Source of the DNA: Gammaproteobacteria bacterium
Lineage (GTDB): Bacteria; Pseudomonadota; Gammaproteobacteria; Steroidobacterales; Steroidobacteraceae
Length of the DNA: 64,000 bases
Assembly (NCBI GenBank): GCA_046091005.1
Contig: JBJTAV010000151.1
Location: 520-64,519, forward strand
Direction: 5' to 3'
Position 1 is the stretch's first letter. Every line of letters starts with the position of its first letter. This document shows positions 9,719-19,430 of this stretch, in pieces. A program made the translations under genes and the position numbers. The notes below the pieces were generated by a model. That model was not told where the DNA came from and ran no database searches. It saw only the letters and a program-made list of their open reading frames with translations.

Positions 9719-11224
9719 ATGAATCAGATTCTCGAAAAATCGATCTTTGAATACTCGCGCGAAGGACGCGGTGCGACGGCGCAGCATCCACCGGCGTTGG
9801 TCGGCGCTGCCGCTGCAGCGGCTGACGAGGCACAGTCGGCGCTGCCCGCAGCTTTGCGTCGGCGCAGCAAACCCTTGCTGCCCGAGGTCAGCGAGCTCGA
9901 TGTGGTGCGGCACTTCACGCGTCTGTCGCAGCTCAATTTTTCGATCGACACGAACTTCTATCCGCTCGGTTCGTGCACGATGAAATACAACCCCAAGGCC
10001 TGCAACCAATACGCAATGCTGCCGGAGTTTTTGGCACGCCATCCGCTGGCGCCGGATTCGCAGGGTCAGGGGTTTTTGTCCTGCATGTTCGAGTTGCAGG
10101 AGATGCTCAAAGAAGTCACCGGCATGAAAGCCGTGTCGCTCAATCCCATGGCGGGTGCGCACGGCGAATTCGCGGGCGTCGCCATGATTCGCGCGTATCA
10201 CCGGGCGCGCGGTGATCTGGCGCGCAACGAGATCATCGTCCCTGAGGCGGCGCACGGCACCAATCCCGCGACCGCGACGATGTGCGGTTGCGTGGTGCGC
10301 GAGATTCCGGTTGATGCAGAAGGCGACGTCGATATCGCTGCCCTCGAAAAAGCAGTGGGGCCCAACACCGCCGGCATCATGCTCACCAATCCGTCCACGC
10401 TCGGCGTCTTTGAGCGCAAGATTCAGCAGGTCGCGCGCATCGTTCATGGCGCTGGCGGGCTGCTTTATTACGACGGCGCGAATCTCAACGCCATTCTCGG
10501 CAAGGTACGCCCCGGCGACATGGGTTTCGATGTCATCCACATGAATCTGCACAAAACCTTTTCCACGCCGCATGGCGGCGGTGGACCGGGCGCGGGTGCG
10601 GTGGGCGTGAGCGCGCGGCTCGAACCTTTTTTGCCAGTGCCAGTGGTTGGGCGCGAAGGCGACACCTATCGCTGGCTCAGCGAGACTGATCGTCCGCAGT
10701 CGATCGGTCGACTCTCGGCGTTCATGGGCAACGCGGGCGTGTTGCTGCGAGCCTATATCTATATGCGCATGCTGGGTCGCAGCGGCATGAGTCAGGTCGG
10801 AGAATTCGCGACGCTGAACGCGAACTATTTATTGGCGAAGTTGCGCGCAGCGGGTTTCGATCTCGCTTACCCGACGCGTCGCGCGAGTCACGAGTTCATC
10901 ATCACGCTGCGCAGACAGGCCAAGGAATTGAACGTCACCGCGATGGACGTGGCCAAACGCCTGCTCGATTTCGGCTTTCACGCACCGACGACTTACTTTC
11001 CGTTGTTGGTGCCGGAGTGTCTGTTGATCGAGCCGACCGAGACCGAGAGTCGCGAAACGCTCGATGCCTTCGTCGAGGCGATGGTCGCCATCCTCGCCGA
11101 GGCCGAGACCGACGCTGCCAAGCTCAAGGGCGCGCCGTGGACCATGCCGGTGCGTCGACTCGATGATGTGCGGGCGGCAAAACAGCTCGAATTGACCTGG
11201 AAGCCTGTAAACTCCGCGGCGTGA
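9719..11224 (+). CDS. gcvPB: Glycine dehydrogenase (decarboxylating), subunit 2
   Basis: ORF 9452..11224 trimmed to the ATG at 9719 ([16 protein letters not shown]...). PLP-lysine region [18 protein letters not shown]. Confidence 0.95.
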   Translation: MNQILEKSIFEYSREGRGATAQHPPALVGAAAAAADEAQSALPAALRRRSKPLLPEVSELDVVRHFTRLSQLNFSIDTNFYPLGSCTMKYNPKACNQYAMLPEFLARHPLAPDSQGQGFLSCMFELQEMLKEVTGMKAVSLNPMAGAHGEFAGVAMIRAYHRARGDLARNEIIVPEAAHGTNPATATMCGCVVREIPVDAEGDVDIAALEKAVGPNTAGIMLTNPSTLGVFERKIQQVARIVHGAGGLLYYDGANLNAILGKVRPGDMGFDVIHMNLHKTFSTPHGGGGPGAGAVGVSARLEPFLPVPVVGREGDTYRWLSETDRPQSIGRLSAFMGNAGVLLRAYIYMRMLGRSGMSQVGEFATLNANYLLAKLRAAGFDLAYPTRRASHEFIITLRRQAKELNVTAMDVAKRLLDFGFHAPTTYFPLLVPECLLIEPTETESRETLDAFVEAMVAILAEAETDAAKLKGAPWTMPVRRLDDVRAAKQLELTWKPVNSAA

Positions 11225-11595
11225 CGAAAATCGATCGACCCAAACCGACCGGACTCATCCGCCTCGTCAACGCCTTCGGCAATACCTGGAAGGGTTATGT
11301 CGGTGCGTTCCGCGAGGAGGCTGCGTTTCGGCAGGAGCTCGCGCTGTGCGTGGTGCTGTTTCCGGTCGGCTTGTGGTTGGGTCAAAACGGTATCGAGCGT
11401 GCGCTGCTGGTCGGGCCGATTTTCATCATCCTGATCGTCGAGCTGCTCAACAGCGGCATCGAGGCGACCGTCGATCGTATCGGGCTCGAGCGTCACCAGC
11501 TCTCGGGGCTCGCCAAAGATCTCGGTTCTGCGGCGGTCTTCACCTCTTTCGCACTGCTCGCCGTGGTTTGGGCGCTGGTGCTGTTCGATCGCTGA
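11221..11595 (+). CDS. dgkA: Diacylglycerol kinase (prokaryotic DgkA type)
   Basis: GTG start overlapping the gcvPB stop (GTGA). 124 aa, three hydrophobic helices, [15 protein letters not shown] motif. Confidence 0.85.
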   Translation: MTKIDRPKPTGLIRLVNAFGNTWKGYVGAFREEAAFRQELALCVVLFPVGLWLGQNGIERALLVGPIFIILIVELLNSGIEATVDRIGLERHQLSGLAKDLGSAAVFTSFALLAVVWALVLFDR

Positions 11596-11619
11596 GCAAA
11601 TTTTTCCCGGGAGACGAAC

Positions 11620-12558
11620 ATGACGGCGCTCATCTGCGGTTCGGTGGCCTATGACACGGTGATGGTGTTCGAGGGGCACTTCAAAGATCACATACTCGCT
11701 GATCGGATCCACATGCTGAATGTGGCGTTTCTCGTGCCCGGCTTGCGCCGCAATTTCGGCGGCTGCGCGGGCAATATTGCCTATAACCTGAAGCTGCTCG
11801 GCGGCGAAGGCAAGGTGATGGCGACGGTCGGCATGGATTTCGGTCCCTACCGTGCCTGGATGCTCGATAACGGCTTGCCGCTCGATCACATCCGTCAGCT
11901 CGAAGACGAGTACACGGCGCAGGCGTACATCACGACCGACGCCGACAACAACCAGATCACCGCGTTTCACCCGGGTGCGATGAACCACGCGCACGTCAAC
12001 AAAGTGCCGAAGACCGCTGGCATACGGCTTGGCATTGTCGCTCCCGAAAGCCACGTGGGCATGTGCGAGCATGCCTCGCAGTTCGCCGCCAACGGCATTC
12101 CCTTCATCTTTGATCCGGGTCAGGCGATGACGCTGCTCGGTCCCGATGATCTGCGCACCATGATCGGCCAAGCAAGTTGGGTGGCGGTCAATGATTACGA
12201 GGCCAGCCTGCTGGTCGAGCGTACCGGTTGGTCGCTCGAAGATATCGCCGGCAAGGTCAAGGCCCTCATCGTGACCCGCGGCTCACAGGGTTCGCACATC
12301 CATGCAGAGGGCAAACTGCATGAGATTCCGCCGGTGAAGCCTGCGCAAGTGGCCGACCCGACGGGCTGTGGCGATGCGTATCGTGGCGGACTGCTATTCG
12401 GTCTGCAGCGCGGGCTCGACTGGCCGACCACGGGCCGCATCGCTTCGCTCATGGGTTCCCTCAAAATCGCCCACCACGGCACGCAGAACCACCGTTTTGG
12501 TCGCGAGGAATTTGCGGGCCTGTACAAGCAGGCCTTCGGCGTCGCGCTCGGCGCCTGA
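11620..12558 (+). CDS. PfkB-family carbohydrate/nucleoside kinase (adenosine-kinase-like)
   Basis: GGGAGA ribosome-binding site before the ATG. N-terminal GGCAGNIAYNL and C-terminal DPTGCGDAYRGG, the PfkB signatures. Confidence 0.75.
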   Translation: MTALICGSVAYDTVMVFEGHFKDHILADRIHMLNVAFLVPGLRRNFGGCAGNIAYNLKLLGGEGKVMATVGMDFGPYRAWMLDNGLPLDHIRQLEDEYTAQAYITTDADNNQITAFHPGAMNHAHVNKVPKTAGIRLGIVAPESHVGMCEHASQFAANGIPFIFDPGQAMTLLGPDDLRTMIGQASWVAVNDYEASLLVERTGWSLEDIAGKVKALIVTRGSQGSHIHAEGKLHEIPPVKPAQVADPTGCGDAYRGGLLFGLQRGLDWPTTGRIASLMGSLKIAHHGTQNHRFGREEFAGLYKQAFGVALGA

Positions 12559-12570
12559 CGCGCTAGAGGC

Positions 12571-13569
12571 TTGAGCGGTCAAGTCGATCTTTTCGGTAAC
12601 GCGGCGACCGGGCGTTCCGCGGTTGCGGCCGTCGACCCCGGCGATGAACTGCGCGCGCTCGCTGCGCAGATCCCGCGAGGTTTGCGCTTCGGTACGTCGA
12701 CGTGGTCGTTTTCGGGCTGGCAGGGCATCGTCTACGGCGGTGACTACGACGAGACGAAACTCGCGCGCGATGGGCTGGCTGCCTATGCGGTGCATCCCTT
12801 GTTGCGCAGTGTCGGTGTCGATCGCAGTTTCTATGCGCCGCTCAATGACAAGACGCTGCAACGCATGGCAGCCGCAACCAGCCCCGACTTTCGATTTTTG
12901 ATCAAGGCCCACGCGGCGCTGATGCTGCCGAAGAGCGCGCGTCGACCCGAGTATCTCGAGGGGGTACCCGATGTGTTTCTCGACGCTGATTACGCGCGAC
13001 GCGCGGTGATCGAGCCAGCGCTGCGCAGACTTGGCGAGCGACTCGGCGTGATTCTGTTTCAGTTTTCGCCCTTGGGTGATCGAGTGCTGCGTTATCGACA
13101 AGAGTTGTTGCTGCGCCTCGAAGGCTTTCTCGCTGCCTTGCCGCGTGAAGCCAAGTACGCGGTGGAATGGCGTGATCGCGCGATGCTCGGCAACGATCTC
13201 GCTGACCTGCTCGCACGCCACGGTGTCGCACACGGATTTGCCGCCCATTCGCGTTTGCCACCTGTTGATGAACAGTCGCCCCTCGAGGCCGATGCTGACT
13301 GTCCGCTTGTCATTCGCTGGCTGCTCGCGCCCGGACTTGGCTACGAGGAGGCGCGCGCGGCCTACGCCCCCTTCGATCGGATCGTCGATCCCGACCCCAA
13401 AACGCGGCGACAAATCGCGCAGCTGGCGCGCAAGGCGCTCACGCAAGGCCGACAGACGATCGTCATCATCAACAACAAGGCCGAGGGGTCCGCACCGCTC
13501 TCGGTTGCCGCTTTGGCCAAAGAATTTGTGCAGACCGTGAACGCTGCGGACCCGCCTGCTTTACAATAA
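12571..13569 (+). CDS. DUF72 domain protein (YecE-like)
   Basis: FGTSTWSFSGWQGIVYG, SFYAPL and PDFRFLIKAH resemble the DUF72 pattern. TTG start, so the exact start is uncertain. Confidence 0.65.
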   Translation: MSGQVDLFGNAATGRSAVAAVDPGDELRALAAQIPRGLRFGTSTWSFSGWQGIVYGGDYDETKLARDGLAAYAVHPLLRSVGVDRSFYAPLNDKTLQRMAAATSPDFRFLIKAHAALMLPKSARRPEYLEGVPDVFLDADYARRAVIEPALRRLGERLGVILFQFSPLGDRVLRYRQELLLRLEGFLAALPREAKYAVEWRDRAMLGNDLADLLARHGVAHGFAAHSRLPPVDEQSPLEADADCPLVIRWLLAPGLGYEEARAAYAPFDRIVDPDPKTRRQIAQLARKALTQGRQTIVIINNKAEGSAPLSVAALAKEFVQTVNAADPPALQ

Positions 13570-13622
13570 CCAGCCGAAGCGAGGGAACGCATGACCAACG
13601 ACGGATTGCTGCGGCTGCGCTG

Positions 13623-14552
13623 ATGCCGGTCGCTACCAAAGAAATCGACGCTGCAGTGGCACGCCTGCGTGCAGGAGAGCTCGTCGCTTTTCCCACCGAG
13701 ACGGTCTACGGCCTCGGCGCCGATGCGCGCAACCCTGTCGCGTTGCGCAAGGTCTATGCGCTCAAGGGCCGCCCCCCGACCCACCCGCTCATTTTGCATT
13801 TGCATTCCGTCGATCAACTTTCGAACTGGGTCGCCGAGCTGCCGCCGACGGCCTTGCGGCTCGCCGCGCGCTTCTGGCCGGGGCCGCTCACGCTCGTGCT
13901 GCGACGCGCTGTGGGCGTTGCCGACGAACTCACGGGCGGACAGGACACGATCGCCGTGCGCGTGCCGGCGCATCCGGTGGCGCGGGCCTTGCTCGCAGCC
14001 TTCGGGAGTGGCATCGCCGCGCCTTCGGCGAATCGCTACGGACGTGTCTCGCCGACCCGCGCTGCGCATGTCCGCGAAGAGTTTCCGGACGATCTACTCG
14101 TTCTCGAAGGCGGTGATTGCGAGGTCGGACTGGAGTCGACCATCGTTTCTTTGGTAGGTGCCGCTCCGCAGTTGCTGCGGCCCGGTGTGATCTCGAGCGC
14201 AGCGCTCGAGGCTGAGCTCGGCATGCCGTTGCAGGCGCCGACCACGGGTGCTGCGCCGCGTGTGCCCGGCAGCACCGCGCAGCATTACGCGCCGCAGACG
14301 CCGCTCACACTGGTGCCTGCCGGCGGCCTCGATACCGCGATCAGCACGGCGCAAACCCGCGGCGAACTCGTCGTGACGCTGGCCTGTCCGCCGGGTACCG
14401 ATGCGGCGCGCTATGGGCGTGCGTTGTACGCGGAACTGCGCAGGCTCGACAAGCAGGGCGCATCGCGTATCCTCGTTGAATCCGTGCCTGAGTCGGCCGA
14501 CTGGGACGCGGTGCGCGACCGCCTTGCCCGCGCCGCTGCTACATTTCTTTGA
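13623..14552 (+). CDS. L-threonylcarbamoyladenylate synthase, long Sua5/YwlC form
   Basis: Motifs FPTETVYGLGADA and KGRPPTHPLILH, plus a C-terminal Sua5 extension; 309 aa. Confidence 0.85.
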   Translation: MPVATKEIDAAVARLRAGELVAFPTETVYGLGADARNPVALRKVYALKGRPPTHPLILHLHSVDQLSNWVAELPPTALRLAARFWPGPLTLVLRRAVGVADELTGGQDTIAVRVPAHPVARALLAAFGSGIAAPSANRYGRVSPTRAAHVREEFPDDLLVLEGGDCEVGLESTIVSLVGAAPQLLRPGVISSAALEAELGMPLQAPTTGAAPRVPGSTAQHYAPQTPLTLVPAGGLDTAISTAQTRGELVVTLACPPGTDAARYGRALYAELRRLDKQGASRILVESVPESADWDAVRDRLARAAATFL

Positions 14553-14591
14553 ACTGATTCCGCGTCTGTATCTTTCGCTGAGCTATTGCCG

Positions 14592-15797
14592 ATGAAATCG
14601 ACCCGCAAGCCGTCCTATATCGACCCATTCCAGCCGCGCGAGATTCGTCGCTTGGTCGGTGAGTTCGGCTCGCCGCTGCTGATCGTCGATTGCGAGCGTA
14701 TCCGTCGCCAGTACCGCGAATTGCAGCGGGCGCTGCCCGGGGTCGATCTGCACTACGCCCTGAAGCCGCTGCCGCACCCGGCCGTGGTTCGCACGGTGCT
14801 TGCCGAGGGCGGCTTTCTCGATCTCGCCACGACGGGTGAGGTCGAGCTCGTGCATCGCATGGGCGTCGATCCGGAACTCTGCATCCACACCCATCCGATC
14901 AAGCGCGACATCGACATCCGCTCCGCGCTCGAGCGTGGCGTGCGCGTGTTCGTCGCCGACAACCCCGACGAGCTGCGCAAGTTCGTGCCGTACGCGGATC
15001 GCGCCGAGCTCTTGTTGCGGGTGTCGTTTCGCAGTCCGGGCGCGGTGTCCGACTTGTCGCGCAAGTTTGGTTGCGATCCCGAGGCCGTGCTGGCGCTCGC
15101 GCGCCGCGCACGTGATCTCGGCATCGTGGTGCGCGGTTTGTCATTTCATGTGGGTTCGCAGGCCCCTGACCCGGGCAAGCACGTCGAGGCGATCGAGGCC
15201 TGCACGCGTTTGCTCGCCGCGGCGCGGCGCGAGCGGCTCGGTCCCTGCGATACGCTCGATATCGGTGGCGGCTTTCCGATCGACTATGCGGCGCGCGCAC
15301 CGCAAATCGGCTATTTCTGCACGCCCATCCGTGCTGCCCTGGCGAAATTGCCGAAGCGCATCCGCGTGATTGCCGAGCCTGGTCGGTTTATTGCCGGGCC
15401 GAGCGCGATCGGCGTCGCCTCAGTGATGGGTCGAGCGCGTCGCGAAGGCCATTGGTGGTACTACCTCGACGATGGGCTCTACGGCTCGTTCAGCGGTCAG
15501 CTCTTCGATCATGCGCGCTATCCGCTCGAGTCCCTCAAAAAAGGGCGGCATCGCGAGCCCGCAGTGCTTGCCGGACCGACCTGCGACAGCATCGATGTCA
15601 TCACCGAAAATATTTTGCTGCCCGAGCTCGACGAGGGCGATCTCATCGTGGGTCGAGCGATGGGTGCCTACACTTGGGCGAGCGCATCGGAATTCAATTT
15701 TTTCCCGCGTGCCACAGTGGTCTCGATGAATCTCGAGCCCGGGGACCGCGGCAGTGTTCTTGCCGTCACCGAGGGTTTCGGAGCGCACAATGTCTGA
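14592..15797 (+). CDS. Type III (alanine-racemase fold) PLP-dependent decarboxylase, ornithine/lysine decarboxylase-like
   Basis: Motifs HYALKPLPHP (PLP Lys), DIGGGFPIDY, AEPGRFIAGP and LAGPTCDSID. ATG at 14592 preferred over the TTG at 14586. Confidence 0.85.
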   Translation: MKSTRKPSYIDPFQPREIRRLVGEFGSPLLIVDCERIRRQYRELQRALPGVDLHYALKPLPHPAVVRTVLAEGGFLDLATTGEVELVHRMGVDPELCIHTHPIKRDIDIRSALERGVRVFVADNPDELRKFVPYADRAELLLRVSFRSPGAVSDLSRKFGCDPEAVLALARRARDLGIVVRGLSFHVGSQAPDPGKHVEAIEACTRLLAAARRERLGPCDTLDIGGGFPIDYAARAPQIGYFCTPIRAALAKLPKRIRVIAEPGRFIAGPSAIGVASVMGRARREGHWWYYLDDGLYGSFSGQLFDHARYPLESLKKGRHREPAVLAGPTCDSIDVITENILLPELDEGDLIVGRAMGAYTWASASEFNFFPRATVVSMNLEPGDRGSVLAVTEGFGAHNV

Positions 15798-16377
15798 GCG
15801 AACAAAACTTTTGACGCCCGTCAGCCGACGGAGTTTTTTCTTTGGCGCGGCTGCGGTCGGCGTCGCCTTGCTGACCGACGGCCCGCAGGCTCTGGCGGGG
15901 ACGCGGGTCTCGCCCTTGCCCGGTACCGACAGCGGTTGGCTGGAACTCTTCAACACCCACACCGCAGAATCCCTGCAAGTGGTTTACCGCTCGACAGAGG
16001 GCCTCGTCACTTCGGCTGTCGAGCGCTTGCAGTGGCTGCTCCGCGATCATCGATCGGGCGAGGCTGCGCAGATCGACAGCGGTCTTTACGATCAGCTCGC
16101 CGCGCTCGCTTCTGCAGCGGGCGTAGAGCCGCGCTTCGAGGTGATTTCCGGATATCGCTCGCCGCGGACCAACGCTTCGTTGCAGGCAGCGGGTCGAGGG
16201 GTGGCGACGCGCAGTCTGCATATGCAGGGCCGTGCCATCGATGTGCGTTTGCGTGGGGTGCCGACCTCGACGCTGCGCGACCTCGCACTCGCCGCAGGGC
16301 GTGGCGGCGTGGGCGATTACCGCCGCGGCGATTTCGTTCACCTCGATACCGGCCGCATCCGCCATTGGGCAGGCTGA
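15790..16377 (+). CDS. DUF882 / peptidase M15A family protein (YcbK/MepK-like) with twin-arginine signal
   Basis: ATG at 15790 overlaps the decarboxylase stop by 8 nt. Tat motif SRRSFFFGAAAVG. SGYRSPRTN, HMQGRAIDV and FVHLDTG give an H/D/H zinc-ligand pattern. Confidence 0.8.
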   Translation: MSERTKLLTPVSRRSFFFGAAAVGVALLTDGPQALAGTRVSPLPGTDSGWLELFNTHTAESLQVVYRSTEGLVTSAVERLQWLLRDHRSGEAAQIDSGLYDQLAALASAAGVEPRFEVISGYRSPRTNASLQAAGRGVATRSLHMQGRAIDVRLRGVPTSTLRDLALAAGRGGVGDYRRGDFVHLDTGRIRHWAG

Positions 16378-16401
16378 AGTCGGCCGCGGACGGTCGACCT
16401 G

Positions 16402-17094
16402 ATGCAAATTCATGGCGCTGATTTTGTCGCCGGCGCTGCCGCCGCACGCGGTGTGGCCATTGTCATCGATGTGTTCCGGGCCTGCTCGCTGCAGGCGCAT
16501 GCCTTGGCTCACGGCGCGGACTGTGTGGTACCGGTCGAAGATATCGACGAGGCGAGGGCGCTCAAGCACGCACATCCCGAGTGGCTGCTTGCAGGCGAAC
16601 GACATGCCCGGCGCCTGCCGGGTTTCGATTGCGGCAACTCGCCGACCGAAGTCCTTGCCGCAGAGATTGACGGTCGTACCCTGATCCACACCACCCATGC
16701 GGGCACCCAGGGGCTGATGGCGGCATCGCGCGTGGCGAGTCACGTCTTCACCGGTGCTTTCGTCAATGGTTCGGCCACCGTGGCCGCCGTGAAGGCCTTG
16801 GCGCCCAAGGAGGTCACGGTGATCGCCATGGGTCACGAGGCCCGCTTGCGTTGTGCCGAGGATGATCTTTGCCGCGAGTGGTTGATCGCGGCGCTCGCTA
16901 ATCAGCCTTTCAATCTTGGCGATCTGCCCGCACGGCTGAGGTCAGCGCCTGCAGCAGCAAAATTCTTTGATCCGGCCGCAGACTGGGCGCCCTTGCAGGA
17001 CTTCGACTTTTGTACGGCGGTCGACTCTGTACCCTTTGCCGTGTGTCTCACGCCCTCGGCACTCGGTCGGCCCGTATTGCGTCGTTACCCATGA
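16402..17094 (+). CDS. 2-phosphosulfolactate phosphatase (ComB) family protein
   Basis: IVIDVFRA and GERHARRLPGFDCGNSP resemble the ComB-family core. Confidence 0.65.
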   Translation: MQIHGADFVAGAAAARGVAIVIDVFRACSLQAHALAHGADCVVPVEDIDEARALKHAHPEWLLAGERHARRLPGFDCGNSPTEVLAAEIDGRTLIHTTHAGTQGLMAASRVASHVFTGAFVNGSATVAAVKALAPKEVTVIAMGHEARLRCAEDDLCREWLIAALANQPFNLGDLPARLRSAPAAAKFFDPAADWAPLQDFDFCTAVDSVPFAVCLTPSALGRPVLRRYP

Positions 17095-17711
17095 ACACAC
17101 CGCAGAACATGGCACCGCAAAACATCATTTTTGATATCGGCTGGGTGCTGGTGCATCTCGCGCCGGCGCCGCTATTGAAGCTGCTTCGCGAACATGGGGC
17201 GGGAGTCCTGCGACTGGAAGACATCACGAGCTGCATCGATCTGCACGAGCACGAGAGCGGTCGCCTCGATGGGGCGGGTCTCGTCGCCAATATCGCGCGC
17301 CTCGCGCCACGCGAGCCTGCGGCGGCTGCGGTGGCTGCAGCATGGATCGACATGTTCGATCCGCAGCCCGCCATGTTTTCTTTGGCGCAGCGATTGCGTC
17401 ACCGCCATCGGGTCTATTTGCTGTCCAACGTTGGCGACTTGCATTGGGCCGAGTTGCAGCGGCGCTTTGCGCTGCACGAGCTCGGCCACGACGTCATCGC
17501 CTCGTTCGAGGCCGGCATCATGAAGCCTCATCCGGGCATCTACGAACAGGCTGAGCATCGCTTTGCACTGCAGCCCGAGTCGACCGTGTTCATCGACGAT
17601 CGCGCCGAGAATATCGAGGCGGTGCGCCAACGCGGCTGGCACGGCATCATCCATGTGGACTACGACAATACGGTCGCCGCCTTGCGTGCGCTCGGCGTCG
17701 ATCCGGAGTGA
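17091..17711 (+). CDS. HAD-superfamily hydrolase (YihX-like subfamily IA)
   Basis: ATGA overlap with the upstream stop. Motif I variant IIFDIGWVLV, motif II LLSNVG, motif IV FIDDRAENIEA. Confidence 0.75.
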   Translation: MNTPQNMAPQNIIFDIGWVLVHLAPAPLLKLLREHGAGVLRLEDITSCIDLHEHESGRLDGAGLVANIARLAPREPAAAAVAAAWIDMFDPQPAMFSLAQRLRHRHRVYLLSNVGDLHWAELQRRFALHELGHDVIASFEAGIMKPHPGIYEQAEHRFALQPESTVFIDDRAENIEAVRQRGWHGIIHVDYDNTVAALRALGVDPE

Positions 17712-17715
17712 CCTC

Positions 17716-18066
17716 ATGCCCGTGATCGCCACCACCGTCGGCTTGCTCGTGATATCGAATATCTTCATGACCTTCGCTTGGTACGCGCACCTTAAAAATC
17801 TCAACGATCGGCCGTGGTGGATTGCGGCGCTTGTGAGCTGGGGCATCGCGCTTTTCGAGTACATGCTGCAGGTTCCCGCCAACAGAATCGGCTACACCGA
17901 GTTGTCGCTGGCGCAGCTGAAGATTTTGCAGGAGGTGGTGACACTCTCCGTGTTCGTGCCGTTCGCGATCTTCTACATGCGCGAGCCCGTCAAGCTCGAT
18001 TATCTTTGGGCCGCACTCTGCATCATGGGTGCGGTGTACTTCATTTTTCGAAGTCCAGCCACATGA
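17716..18066 (+). CDS. DUF486 / small DMT-like membrane protein
   Basis: ORF 17563..18066 trimmed to the ATG at 17716. 116 aa and four hydrophobic segments; SNIFMTFAWYAHLK and FEYMLQVPANRIG are typical of DUF486. Confidence 0.7.
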   Translation: MPVIATTVGLLVISNIFMTFAWYAHLKNLNDRPWWIAALVSWGIALFEYMLQVPANRIGYTELSLAQLKILQEVVTLSVFVPFAIFYMREPVKLDYLWAALCIMGAVYFIFRSPAT

Positions 18067-18524
18067 GTGCAGTCGATCAGTCCGTGGCGGGAACCACCGC
18101 CATTCACCGTCGCGTCGAAGTGCTGCAGAGGGGGGGCGACCCCAGCTGCATCGCAAGGTTGGAGTCGGGTTGGGCCGTGTTCGGCGAGCGGCAATTTTTG
18201 CGTGGCTACGCTTTGCTGCTCCCCGACCCGGTGGTGCCGACGCTCAATGATTTGCAGCCCTTGGCGCGCGCTCGGTTTCTTGCCGATATGGCGCGACTGG
18301 GTGATGCGCTGCTCGTCGTGACCGGTGCGCTGCGCATCAATTACGCCATGTTCGGCAATCTCGAGCCCGCCCTGCATGCGCACGTGGTACCGCGCTATCG
18401 CGACGAGCTTGCGCCGCTCGATGTGGCGCACCCTTGGGCCTATGACTGGACGACTGCGCCGCTCTTTGACGCCGAGCGCGAGCGTGATCTGCTGAGCGCT
18501 GTTCGCGCGGCGCTTGTGGCCTAG
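18063..18524 (+). CDS. HIT-family-like nucleotide hydrolase/transferase
   Basis: ATGA overlap with the DUF486 stop. Histidine-triad-like LHAHVVPRY; 153 aa. Confidence 0.6.
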   Translation: MSAVDQSVAGTTAIHRRVEVLQRGGDPSCIARLESGWAVFGERQFLRGYALLLPDPVVPTLNDLQPLARARFLADMARLGDALLVVTGALRINYAMFGNLEPALHAHVVPRYRDELAPLDVAHPWAYDWTTAPLFDAERERDLLSAVRAALVA

Positions 18525-18577
18525 AGGCCAGCGGTCACCGTGATTGCCGGGGTGCCCGTGACCGTGGGGGTGCCCAC

Positions 18578-19045
18578 TCAGGATAGCGGCGCGTAGGCGA
18601 GCGGCAAGGCGGTCGTCGACTTGATGGTCTCGAGCGAAAAGCTTGCGCTCACATCGAGCATCTCGAGGGCGCTGATCAGGCGCTTGTAAACCGCGTCATA
18701 CCCTTCGATGTCGGGAACCACGATTCGCAGCAGATAGTCGACATCACCACTCATGCGGTGCAGTTCGGTCACCTCGGGCAGATCGCGCACCACTTTCGCG
18801 AACTTCTCGTACCACGCGGCGCTGTGGCTGGGCGCCTTGATGGTGACGAACACCGTGGTCGCGACGTTAAGCGCGCGCGCATCGAGTAGCGCCACGGTTC
18901 GGCGGATGACCCCGGTCTCGCGCAGACGCTGGATACGACGCCAGCATGGCGCTTTGGAGAGCCCGACGCGCTCGGCAATCTCGGCTGCCGTCAGGCTGGC
19001 ATCTTTCTGCAGCACGTCCAGAATTTTACGGTCGAGCTTGTCCAT
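18578..19045 (-). CDS. lrp: Lrp/AsnC family transcriptional regulator
   Basis: N-terminal wHTH LDRKILDVLQKDASLTAAEIAERVGLSKAPCWRRIQRLRETGVI plus a C-terminal RAM/ACT-like domain; 155 aa. Confidence 0.9.
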   Translation of the reverse strand: MDKLDRKILDVLQKDASLTAAEIAERVGLSKAPCWRRIQRLRETGVIRRTVALLDARALNVATTVFVTIKAPSHSAAWYEKFAKVVRDLPEVTELHRMSGDVDYLLRIVVPDIEGYDAVYKRLISALEMLDVSASFSLETIKSTTALPLAYAPLS

Positions 19046-19157
19046 GAGATTTTATCTCTCGAAATAGCAATTTAGAGAAACAGTGTTGCTCATGATGCGC
19101 CCGAGCTCCCTGACTTCGCAACCCTGTAGCTGCGATACAGGACTATCTTTGAACGCC

Positions 19158-19397
19158 ATGAAGCTCATGCGCATGTTCTCGGAACACCCGGCCTCGGTCG
19201 GCGAAAGTTACTTCGGGCATTTGCTGCAGGCGAGCAGCTTCGGCCTGCGCATGATGTTCGCGGGGATTGCCTGTGTGCTGCATGGGCTCTTGCCCTTCTT
19301 GTTCGTGACCACGGGCTCGGAGGCCGTCAAGGGTCTGAACGAAGAGATGTGCGCACGCCGCGCCAAGGCCCTGCGGGGCGAGGCCGCGATCCGCTAG
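19158..19397 (+). CDS. Small putative membrane protein (resembles the DUF6356-type family, from memory and unverified)
   Basis: ORF 19083..19397 trimmed to the ATG at 19158 (MKLMRMFSEHPASVGESYFGHLLQASSFGLRMMFAGIACVLHG...). Divergent from lrp. Confidence 0.45.
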   Translation: MKLMRMFSEHPASVGESYFGHLLQASSFGLRMMFAGIACVLHGLLPFLFVTTGSEAVKGLNEEMCARRAKALRGEAAIR

Positions 19398-19430
19398 ACT
19401 GCGCGGCGGATTCACCGCCGGGACGCCCTT

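Noticed and set aside
18525-18577. Repeated GGGGTGCCC(G/A)... and a GGTCAC/GTGACC inverted repeat between the HIT-like gene and lrp, considered as a terminator or small RNA
   Set aside because: The stem is only 6 bp with a roughly 19-nt loop and no U-tract, which is too weak to call.
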